The position numbers and the translations under genes were made by a program. A stretch of DNA of 64,000 bases from Yuukianura sp. NJ FZ-2021 (Eukaryota), in the NCBI GenBank assembly GCA_046563655.1, contig CM102285.1, forward strand, positions 682,001 through 746,000, in the 5' to 3' direction. The notes under the pieces are model-generated. The model saw nothing but the letters and a program-made list of their open reading frames with translations. It did not search any database and was not told where the DNA came from. Numbering within the stretch: the first letter of the stretch is position 1; each line of letters opens with the position of its first letter. This document shows positions 14,208 to 25,150 of the stretch, piece after piece.

Positions 14208-14737
14208 TTCTGATTTTGAAATTTCAATAAAAATTCAATAAAGCTTTACATAACTTGACATATGCTTTGTTTTTTTTTTTGCTGCTAGGTCCGACTAATC
14301 CACTGAATTGTCTGAATTTTGCGATTGCAAAGGTCATAGTCCTCTCAGACAAACATTACAAGGATAACAGACAACTCTTACCGCACATCCGTTGTAATGT
14401 TTTTGCTGATTGCTTTATAATTACTTTTTTACGAACCTTAATTACTCATCAAATTTCGAAAAAAAGTTTGATCAAATTTTCTTCCTTATAAAAACTGCTC
14501 CGCTTGTACTTTTTCCTCCTAGTCGATACTGGCGCAGTACACTGGTTGCGCTAACAAAAAAAGGACTTTCGCTACGAATTTTTTTTTTAAATTTGGAGTT
14601 CGCTAAAAAAATTTTAAATTCAATTGGCTAAAAAAAACTTTGAATTTGATTCTGTAAAAAATCTTAAATTCAGTTGGTTAAAAAATCTTGAATCTGATTA
14701 GTTGAAAAACCTTGAATTTGATTGGCTATTGCCCAAA

Positions 14738-16909
14738 ATGAGTGGACTGGACACACTCAGTGCAGATCTTGGAGCAGCAGTGGATGAAATTTGTACCAAT
14801 CCTGCTCATGCGCCAATTGAAAACGAATTCCCAGATTCTGCCGATTTTGAAAACGTTGAGCGCGGGAAACAATGTGGTCCAGGCTACCAATCACCCACGG
14901 AAGCCATCAATGGTCCAAAAGAAAAACTTTTGTACATAACTTGCATCAATCCAAGAAAAGACGCACCGGACTTCTTGGCCACCGTGGATGTCAATCCTAG
15001 TAGTAAAACGTATCAGCAGGTAAGTTATACAAAATTTCTGACTAAAAATTTTCAAAATTTAAAATTTTTAAATTTTCGAAAACGATTTCAGATTATACAC
15101 CGTTTGTACATGCTTGACCTTGGAGACGAGCTGCATCATTTTGGGTGGAACTCTTGTTCTAGTTGTCATGGAGACGTCAATGCCTGTCGTGACAAGCTCA
15201 TACTGCCAGCACTTTTGGGCAACAAAGTCTACTTTGTGGATGTGAAAAATGCTAGAAAACCTGCGCTGTTGCCTCTGAACACAATTACGCCTGTGCAATT
15301 TGGGTTGCTCAACATCAGCGCACCGCATACTACGCACTGCCTCCCAACTGGAGAAATCATGATTTCAATCATGGGAGATGCACAGGGCAAAGCACAAGGA
15401 AATTTCCTCATCCTGGACGCCAAAACGCTACTCATCAAAGGTAATTGTACATAAACCTTACATAAATCACACCAAACTTACATAAATTACATAAATCGTA
15501 CATGACGTAAGCAAACCTTACATAAACTTTAGGCCTCTACTCTCAGAAGCCAACGAAATTCGGATACGATTTTTGGTACCAACCGAAATTCGACGTCATG
15601 ATTTCTACCCAATGGGGAGCTCCGAAAGCCTTTAAAAGGAATTCAACCCGTCAGATATCACGGCTGGTAAGAAACAGTTGTGTACAAGGATTGTTGACTT
15701 TGATTTTCTTTAACAGGTTGAGCACTACCTCATGTCTTTTCGATTTCGCAAAAAAAGTGTCTTTCATCGATGTCAAAACAATACAGCCGAATTTTTTAAA
15801 TTTTACGTACGAAATGCTACCATTTTTTTCTATTTTTGTCAACAAGCGAGGTGGTGCTCACCCTGTTAAAGAAAGTTCATTTTTCCTTGTCAAGGTACCT
15901 TGGTTGTGGGGCTTTTCTGGAAAACTAAAATCTCAAAAAAAATTGTTTAAAATTTTCGAAATTTTAGGATACTATGGTCACGAACTGGATGTTTGGGCTT
16001 GGACAGACAAGAAGTACTTGTACTCCATAGATTTGGGAACAGCAGATGGACTGTTGCCCTTGGAGATCAGATTTTTGCATAACCCTGAGCAACCAATCGG
16101 ATACGTTGCCTGTGCAATCTCATCTACTGTGTTCTATTTACATCGAAATGACAAAAGAAAGTGGGTGGCTGATTTGGCAATCAAAATTCCCTCTAAAATG
16201 GTGTCAGGTTGGGTGATGAACGACATGCCAGGAGTGATTACCGACATTCTCGTATCCATGGACGACCGATTTCTGTTCCTTAGCAACTGGGTCCATGGCG
16301 ACATTCGGTGCTACAGTTTGGATGAACCATCTTCACCTCAACTTGTGTCAACTATTTGGATTGGTGGATCCATTTATAAAGGCGGCAAGGTCACGGTCAT
16401 GAATGACCCGGAGGTGAAAAATTCAAATTTCAAAAAATTCTCATATCAACTTTCATATCTCAACAAAATTATATCTGAAGTTTTTCAAACAATTTCATGG
16501 GAAATGAATTTTATGACTTTTTTAGTTGAGTGAGCAACCAGATCGCCTTATAGTAAAAAATCGACCAATCACAGGCGGCCCTCAGATGCTGCAACTCAGT
16601 TTGGACGGAACACGATTGTATGTGACCACTTCCTTGTTTTCGGCATGGGACAAACAGTTTTACCCGGACCTCATCACGTAACTTCCTTTACAAAAAAATT
16701 TCTTTTTTTGTAAAAATTTTCAAAATTTTGAAAATTTTGTTAGAACTGGAGCCGTTCTGCTCCAAATCAACGTCGACGAAGGGCAGATGACGCTCAACGA
16801 GGATTTCTTGGTGGATTTCGGAAATGAAAGCAGTGGTCCATATTTGGCACATGAAATGCGATATCCAGGAGGAGACTGCAGTTCAGACATCTTCCTACCT
16901 TGTAATTAG
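14738..16909 (+). CDS. SELENBP1: SELENBP1 / methanethiol oxidase, copy 4 (frameshift near 15634-15641)
   Basis: [55 protein letters not shown]. One base is missing in the expected AFKxGFNP segment. Confidence 0.88.
15711..15868. mobile_element. MITE-like element in intron 3 of copy 4
   Basis: Terminal inverted repeat TAACAGGTTGAGCACTACCTC / GAGGTGGTGCTCACCCTGTTA. Confidence 0.65.
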
Positions 16910-17849
16910 TTGAATTAGAAAAAAATAATATTACATTATAATAAATTAATACAAACTGTATATATACTCAATTAACAAATTAAATAAATTCTGCACAAAA
17001 AAGAATTTTGCTATGTTTCTCACCAAGTGAATTCTGCATCCGCAACTTTTCTGCACAACTGAATGTTAACAATGTGTAGAGTTTTCTTTCCAATATTCAA
17101 ATTTTTAATTTGAAAATTTTTCAATTACTAAACTTATTGCTAAACGTCAGACGCTGCAACTCAAAATTCAAATTGAGGGAAAGAAAGAATAACCTGGCCA
17201 CAAAGCAACTTTTTTTCCCTGTTTTTGGCAAAACCAGGATTCGGTAGGTTTTGGGAAAAAAAAACAAATTAAAACAAGCCTAACTCAAGCGCTCAAATTT
17301 ATGAAAATTCGTTCAAAATTTTTGAAATTCGCTCAAATTTTTTGTAAGAGCTGGGATTGTTCTGGACCAGATGTAATTAAGATGTTAGTCTATTCCAACA
17401 AAATTCCTTGCCCTGCCCAAAAGTCGGAGTTGAAGGACGATCGTAAAATGGGTTATTCAGACGCAGTTTATCCATTAATTAAATTTAATTAATCAAATGC
17501 AATCCGACGATCGCAAGTAATTAATTTAAAGTACCTTGCTTTTCTTCATAATAAAATTTTTTTTTCTGCTACAAGTAAGTGTGTGCACGTCCATGGATAT
17601 AAAAACACTCTCTCTAGTAATTAAGCTCAGCGTACTCTGACATGTTGACTCGGAAGGACGAGGAAAGAGCTAGTTACAAAATTCGCCATATGTACAGCAA
17701 CTAGAGCCATTTCATCGCTATTCATCGTTTCCGAAGAGTAATTCAATTACTAATTCAGAACAATTGCGTATTTCATGGGTCTATTGTCACGGAAAGGCTC
17801 ATACTGTCTGCATACTTTTTCTGTTAAGGTTTCGTCTCCGTTCTGAACC

Positions 17850-19933
17850 ATGTCGTGTACAGTTGGTTATGGTCACGGTCACCAAGGAGCGGATAACAGT
17901 AATTGTCGTCCTGGATACAGAACGCCCTTAGACGCAATGAAGGGACCGAGAGAGGAGATACTGTACATTCCTTGCGTCCACGCGGACAAAAAGAAACCGG
18001 ACTACTTGGCTACTGTGAACGTCGACCCCAAGAGCGACAAGTTTCTGCAAGTAAGTAGTGGAATTGGAAGCTCACGGTGACCAAGGTCTTTCATAAACTG
18101 TCAATTGTTTAGGTAATTCATCGTCTCCCAATGCCTAACGTCGGTGACGAACTTCATCATTCCGGCTGGAACATTTGCAGTAGTTGTCACGATGACAACA
18201 AACATAATATGCGCCGTGATAAGCTCATTCTTCTGAGCCTTCTTAGTGACCGTGTTTATGTCGTTGACATGTCAAAGAATCCGAAGGCTCCTGTTTTGTA
18301 CAAGACGATTGAACCTGAGTCTCTCCATAACCTTGATCTGTCCTCTCCACACTCGGTACATTGTCTTGCCACCGGTGAGCTCATGATATCTACAATGGGT
18401 AAACAGGATGGATCAGCTCAAGGATCTTTTTTCATGCTAGATGCCAAGGACTTCAAGGTCCAAGGCAAGTATATGATATTTAAACTACAGATTCTTATCA
18501 AAGGTTGTAAGATAAACATTTTAAAGATATGTTTAAGATATTTTAAGGGAGTAAATCGACGTTAGTACTTACGTATGCATATTTCGCTGACAGGAACGTA
18601 CTCATGCGACACAACTCCGTTTGGCTTCGACTTTTGGTATCAACCGTACTTTGACGTAATGATTTCTTCTCAATGGGCAGCTCCAAAGGCATACAAGGCC
18701 GGATTCAATCCGGCTGATGTTGACGCAAGTAATGGAAATCAATGTTATTAATCGTAAGTAGCGAAGGCTACTTTTTGTCTGATCGGCCGACCGTCCGTTT
18801 CTCCGTCTCCGGCGATTTTCTGAGAAACTGTTCAACATTTTGGCGATCTCAGTGTACTGAATCATACCATAAACAGTGTATTAACTCAAAGGTCAACGAG
18901 CCTTTGAGCTATATCCACCCTAGGGCTACCACCCTATACCCGGTTTTTCAATTTGCTTTTTACGTTTACAAAACAATCTGAGTCTACTTAACTAACTTAA
19001 TTGGAATTTCCAGAACTCTATGGAACTGCAATCAACGTGTGGAGCTGGAAAGAGAAGAAGCTAAAACAAACGATTGATTTTGGAAAAGCCGGAATCATGC
19101 CTTTGGCAACCCGCTTTTTGCATAACCCAAAGAAGGCTCATGGATTTGTTGGATGTGCCCTGTCAACTACTGTGTTTCATTTCCACCAATCAGAGGACAA
19201 AACGAAATGGGAGGCTGAACAGGTCATTGCCATTGAGCCGAAAAAAGTCACCGGATGGCTACTGGATGAAATGCCGGGGGTTATGACCGACATGTTGATT
19301 TCAATGGATGACCGATTCTTGTACTGTAGCAACTGGGTTCACGGAGACATTCGACAGTACGACATTACGAACCCTGCGTCTCCGAAACTGGTTGGACAAT
19401 GCTGGGTCGGAGGATCCATTGTCAAGGGGGGCCCTGTTAAGGTCATCGGGGATGAAAATGTAACTTTTTTAGGAGTTCCGTTTTGAAAAAATTTGGAAGG
19501 TTTTGTTCGTGTATGCTTAAATTTTGAGTTTTTTAATTACTTTTTTCCAGAATCAGCCAGAACGGCTCGTCGTTAAAAGCAGGACGGTGACCGGCGGACC
19601 GCAAATGCTGCAGCTCAGCTTAGATGGAAAGCGTTTGTACGTGACGACTTCCCTATTCTCTTTATGGGATCGTCAATTCTATGATAACTTAATTAAGTAA
19701 GTTTTACATTAAAAAAATATTACACAAAATGCTAAGTTGTTAAAAAAAATTTTTTTAGATCTGGAGCCATGTTGCTGCAGATTGATGTAAATACTGAAAC
19801 AGGAGGATTGACCGTGAACCCAGAGTTTTTGGTTGACTTTGGGAAAGAACTCGATGGACCAGTTTTGGCCCATGAAATTCGATACCCTGGAGGAGACTGT
19901 ACTTCGGACATCTTTCTTTCCTCTTGTGACTAA
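17850..19933 (+). CDS. SELENBP1: SELENBP1 / methanethiol oxidase, copy 5 (close to copies 1 and 2; GC donor at 18465)
   Basis: Same six-exon structure; ends [21 protein letters not shown]. Confidence 0.92.
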
Positions 19934-20116
19934 TTAACCTATCCTTAGCTCAATATTCTGCCATGGAGCAATCATGTTAAACTAAAAGCTCATCCCTACT
20001 TTAATTATTAATTAATGAATGCGGTCATGAAATTTGAAATCAACAAACTATAGGCTGATATGCAATTCCGGAATGACAGGAGCTTATATCATTAGTACAT
20101 AATACATAAATTGATA

Positions 20117-20516
20117 GAAAAGCAGGAATGGGTAACTGATTTGGCCATCAGAATTCAGCTTGGGTGATGAACGGCATGCCAGGAGTGATTACCGACATTC
20201 TCGTATCCATGGACGACCGATTTCTGTTCCTTAGCAACTGGGTCCATGGCGACATTCGGTGCTACAGTTTGGATGAACCGTCGTCACCTCAGCTTGTGAC
20301 AACTATTTGGATTGGTGGATCCATTTATAAAGGCGGTAAAGTCACGGTCATGAATGACCCTGAGGTGGAAAATTCAAATTTCAAAACGTTTTAGAAACAT
20401 GCATATTAAAATTTAAAAATTTCACTAATTTTTTAAAGTTGTGTGAGCAACCAGATCGTCTTGTAGTCAAAAATCGACCAATCACAGGCGGCCCTCAGTT
20501 GCTCCAACTCAGCTTA
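20117..20516 (+). pseudogene. SELENBP1: Truncated SELENBP1 fragment, duplicate of the 3' part of copy 4
   Basis: [26 protein letters not shown]... is nearly identical to copy 4. It breaks after GGPQLLQLS and is followed by a copy of copy 4's 3' flank. Confidence 0.85.
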
Positions 20517-20996
20517 TAGCTTTAGAAAAAATAATATTATATTATAATAAATTAATACAACGATATGTAATATATATACTCAATTAACAACCTAAGCTAA
20601 ATAAATTCTGCGTATAAAAGAAATCTGCTATTCGTTTCTCGCCTAACGAATTCTGCACAACCGAATGTCGGCAATGTGCAAAAGTTTCCAATATGCAAAA
20701 TTTTCAATTTGAAAAATTGTCCATTTGCTAAGCATCCCAAAATGTCTTACGTTGTAACTTAAAATTCAAATTGAAAAGAATAAAGAATAACCTAGCCAAG
20801 AAGCAATTTGTTTGTCTTCTTTCTTTTGTTTTTTTTTTAGTTTTTGATTTTTTTTTAAATTATGGAAATTGTTCCCTATAAAAGCATGCTGCATGCTTCC
20901 TTTGCACATTTAGTTTTCCTTGACATTTGGGCGAAAGAACAAGAGGTCAAGCACTTTCCGCGTGACCTTTGGATTTCAAAATTCTCCAATTTCAAA

Positions 20997-21401
20997 ATGG
21001 TGCGAATTACTGCTCAAATGACCACTGGAGGCCAAGCACCTAAGAAACAACTGCAAACAAAAGCTGCCCGCAAGTCTGCTCCATCATCACACGGTGTCAT
21101 GAAAGCCGCTCCGTACCGTCCCGGAACCGTCGCTCTTCGGGAGATCCGACGATACCAGAAATCTACCGAGTTACTCATTCCGAAACTTCCGTTCCAGCGA
21201 TTGGTGCGTGAACTTGCTCAACCTTTGATGATCGAATTGTGGTTCTCGAAGTTAATGTTGCTAGCACTTCAAGAAGCCTCTGAAGCCTATTTGGTCCGAC
21301 TTTTTGAAGACACGAACGAGAGTGCCATCCATGCCAATAGAGTGACCATCATGCCCAAAGACATGATCCATTCCCGCCGAATCCGAAGAGAACTGAACTA
21401 A
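20997..21401 (+). CDS. H3: Highly divergent histone H3 variant (134 aa; K9M, K36M, K79M, K14Q, no K4)
   Basis: [41 protein letters not shown]. Intact, intronless ORF with a downstream stem-loop. Confidence 0.92.
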   Translation: MVRITAQMTTGGQAPKKQLQTKAARKSAPSSHGVMKAAPYRPGTVALREIRRYQKSTELLIPKLPFQRLVRELAQPLMIELWFSKLMLLALQEASEAYLVRLFEDTNESAIHANRVTIMPKDMIHSRRIRRELN

Positions 21402-21545
21402 AACATGGCCAGATAAAGACTAAATGTACATTTGATTCTGTACAATTGTTTCTGTAAAATTGATTCTGTACAATTGTACAATTGTTCGCCGCATTTGTTT
21501 AGTAGTGATAGTCATGTCGTGTCTAGATTTGTCCAAGCATTATCC

Positions 21546-21561
21546 GGCCCTTTTAAGGGCC
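21546..21561 (+). promoter_or_regulatory. Histone 3' stem-loop
   Basis: GGCCCT-TTTA-AGGGCC followed by ACCAC and a purine-rich AAAGAG element. Confidence 0.92.
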
Positions 21562-22025
21562 ACCACATTCTACAAAGAGCAAAAACATTTTCAAAATTTT
21601 AAACCAATTTGACAACTTTTTTGAACGGCAAAAAAGTTTCAGCTTTTTTTTTTGTTAAAACGACTGGAGGCAAAAACAAAAGATTCAAATTCGCCTAAAA
21701 CGGCATTAGCAGAAACTTTTGGCTTGACTTTTTTTTGTAAAAATTAAAAAAAAAATTACTTGCAAGTAACAAACTTTTTGAAAAAAAAACGACAAAAATG
21801 CTGATTTGCATAATTTTGATCAACTGAAAGCAAAACTTAAGTCAACGAACAAAATTTTTTTTTCACACAATTCTTTTCTACTTGTCGTAAAATCTCTGAC
21901 TATAAAAGCAGTCTGGAGCATTCCAGTGACAATCTAGTCTTTTTCAGCCATTGAGCCAACTTGACACAAGGTCAAACAGACTCCGTTACCTTGACCTTTG
22001 ACCTTTGACCTTGACCTTTCCCAGA

Positions 22026-23063
22026 ATGGCTCGTACTAAACAAATTGCTCGGAAGTCAACTGGAGGCAAAGCACCTAGACTGCATTTGGCTACAAAAACT
22101 ATCCGGAAGAACAATCAACCCTACGTCATCCTCTTGTAGCAACACGAAAATGCAGGTATCTAAACAGTTAACTAAAAATAATAGCTTAATTACATTTCAA
22201 TCTAGATCAGTTCAACTTTGGAACAATTTGAATGAAGAAGTAGTAAAGTCAAGCAACTTAATGAATTTTAAAAGAACACTGAAAAAAGTTTTACTAAAAG
22301 AGCAAAATGAAAAATATGATAAGTAATTAAGGTAATTAATTAGTGTAGGTTAGAATAGATGTAGGTATTAATTAGCAAATTAGTTAAGTAAAATTATATT
22401 ACGATCACACAGACTCTTAGTGTAGGGTAGACTAGGTATAAATTAAGAGTTAGTTAAGATAGATTACTTGTAATACCAACGATCTTTTTTGTGTAAGACC
22501 ACTTAAGTGGGTACAATTAAGAACAAAAATTTAATATCGAAAAGCATACATTGAATAAACCAAAAATATGAACTCAAAAAAAAAAAAAAAAAAAAAACAA
22601 TCTACCCGTTCCAGCTACCCGCCCTGTCCGGAAATACGCATCGAATAGCAATCCTGACCATGCGCAAGATGCTGATGACTGGTCACTTGTCCATGTCGGT
22701 CCTCGACACACACGTCCAGCATCTAAGTTCCGGAGCGATACCGTGCCGGTACCGGTACCGGTCCAGAAACACCGTCGCTACCGTCCCGGAACCGTCGCTC
22801 TTCGGGAGATCCGACGATACCAAAAATCTACCGAGTTGCTCATTCAGAAACTTCCGTTCCAGCGATTAGTTCGTGAGATAGCGCAGGATTTCAAGACTGA
22901 CTTGCGATTCCAGAGTTTAGCGATCGGTGCCCTCCAGGAAGCGTCGGAAGCCTACTTGGTCGGACTCTTTGAAGACACGAACTTGTGTGCCATCCATGCC
23001 AAACGAGTCACCATCATGCCAAAAGACATTAATCTCGCTCTACGACTCCGCGGAGAACGTTAA
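22026..23063 (+). pseudogene. H3: Long-tailed histone H3 variant interrupted by a LINE fragment
   Basis: [28 protein letters not shown] at 22026-22109. The frame resumes at 22596 and runs without stops into a near-canonical histone fold ending at 23063. Confidence 0.85.
22122..22595 (+). mobile_element. 5'-truncated non-LTR retrotransposon with poly(A) tail and target-site duplication
   Basis: ORF end SRSVQLWNNLNEEVVKSSNLMNFKRTLKK resembles an L2/CR1-type ORF2 C-terminus. A-tail of about 20 nt. TSD AACAATCAACCC (22110-22121) / AACAATCTACCC (22596-22607). Confidence 0.85.
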
Positions 23064-23226
23064 CAAACGCAAACTTTGACAGTTTTCGGAGAAAAATGAC
23101 CGAAAACAAAATTCCGACACAATTATTTCGAAAAAAAAAAACTGTCTGATTTCAACTCTCATCACTGACACACGTCACGTCAACAATCGTCACGTCTAAA
23201 TAAGTCATTTCAACTAACCCTGTGAC

Positions 23227-23242
23227 TGCCCTTTTTAGGGCA
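23227..23242 (+). promoter_or_regulatory. Variant histone 3' stem-loop
   Basis: TGCCCT-TTTT-AGGGCA followed by the same TTCTACAAAGAGCAAAAACA seen after the other two H3 genes. Confidence 0.8.
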
Positions 23243-23862
23243 ACAATTTCTACAAAGAGCAAAAACAGTTTCAAAATTTTGAAACTTTAAAAAAAAATTG
23301 AACTTCCTGACCTGCTGGTCCTTTTTCCTGCCACATTTTTTACGAAAAATAAAATCCATAGAAAAGTTCATCCTAACTACAAAATGAGCGCTCACTCCTA
23401 CAAATGCCAAGGAAAAAAATAGCATTCGCAAAATTTTTAGCATTTCCAAAAAAAAACGCTAATTTCCAGAATTTGCATTTCAATTTTACCGTTGGCAAAA
23501 AAAAATGTTCACTTCCAGAATTTGCATTTTAATTTTAGCATTTACAAAAAAACGTTCATTTCCAAAATTTGCATTTTAATTTTATCATATGCAAAAAAAG
23601 AGTTGTTCATTTCTAAAATTTGCATCTTAGTTTTACCATTTGCAAAAGCATTCAGCAAGGTCAATAATGCAAACTGCATGTTTTAAGCCGACGAAAAGCA
23701 AAACGTTATACGTCGTGTTCAATTTTTTTTTTGAATTTCCTTTCTATGGAAGTTGAGCCCTATAAAATGAAGCTGGGTGAGTCAAGTCAATGCTCAGTCT
23801 TCGTCAATCTGCTGGCCAAACAACCTGGACTGGACGATAAACTTCACAGAGTTTGACCTTGA

Positions 23863-24303
<441 letters not shown>

Positions 24304-24472
24304 ACTGCGCAGAATCAGAGCAGGACTAGCTAAAACTTCGGCTGTTTCCGGAAAAATGTACAAAAATCAAAAACTTCAAAAAAAAAGTCAATCCAATGTT
24401 GCCAATTTTGTTAATTGTTGTGAATCTTCATCAAAATTTCTGCCCTGTGTTTACAATTTCAACTAACTTCAA

Positions 24473-24488
24473 GGCCCTTTTAAGGGCC
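24473..24488 (+). promoter_or_regulatory. Histone 3' stem-loop
   Basis: GGCCCT-TTTA-AGGGCC-ACCA. Confidence 0.92.
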
Positions 24489-24982
24489 ACCAAATTCTAC
24501 AAAGAGCAAAAACACTTCTTCTTTTTTCAAATTTTTTGACCTTTGACCTCAAAAAGTTTCCTTTTCCTTTAAAACTTTTACCAACTCTTTTCTAAGAAAA
24601 CTTCTAAGGGTACATACACCAAAGATGCGTCATTCTCACTATGTTATGACTTTGTCTGACCAACATGGAATGTTTAGTTATGAGCATGCGCGTAAGAATG
24701 GACATGAAAATGTCCAAGGTTCGTCATCAGCACTCCATATACAAAAAACAATAGTTCTCATTTGCATAATATTGCCAATATTCTCTTTGTTGCTAAAAAT
24801 CAATCCTGACAGTCCGTCAAGTCATGTAAGGAATGTATTGTTTTAGAATTGCAATTTTTGTACGTTCATTAGCATTCGATTAAAATGAAACACCAGCATT
24901 TTTGGAGACACAAATAACTTTTTGGCATACGTTGAACATTTTTAGCAAATGAAGCTACACCCATTGCCTTAAAAATATCCGG

Positions 24983-25150
24983 TACCGTAAAACTTCTTAT
25001 AGAATCCTTGGGCTTGTTTTTATGCATAGGGAATTACCATGGTTTACATTTAAAACTGTCCTGTGTTACAGGAGGTACATAAGTCTGTAATTATAGGCTT
25101 GGCTTCTGGGCTGCTATTGAGAATAGGCGTCTATTAGACGTTTTACGGTA
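24983..25150. mobile_element. MITE-like element, TACCGTAAAAC-terminal family
   Basis: TACCGTAAAACTTCTTATAGA ... TCTATTAGACGTTTTACGGTA inverted ends. Confidence 0.65.

Noticed and set aside
15598-16533. 311-aa ORF as one exon
   Set aside because: It reads through intron 3 and a MITE after the frameshift; only about 15969-16413 is in the SELENBP1 frame.
4687-19933. Bacterial origin (horizontal transfer) or selenocysteine in the SELENBP1 copies
   Set aside because: Shared spliceosomal introns, animal-type motifs and no in-frame TGA in the spliced frames read.
20862-20996. 45-aa N-terminal extension of the H3 ORF
   Set aside because: It runs through probable promoter/5' UTR sequence. The ATG at 20997 has the same CAAAATGG context as the H3 at 23887.
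20997-21401. Divergent H3 as centromeric CenH3/CENP-A
   Set aside because: No loop-1 insertion, Q68, F84 and T107 are retained, the tail aligns with canonical H3, and it has a replication-type stem-loop.
22122-22615. LINE fragment removed as an intron, leaving H3 gene 2 functional
   Set aside because: An in-frame stop precedes the best donor (CAG|GTATCT) and no phase-compatible acceptor was found.
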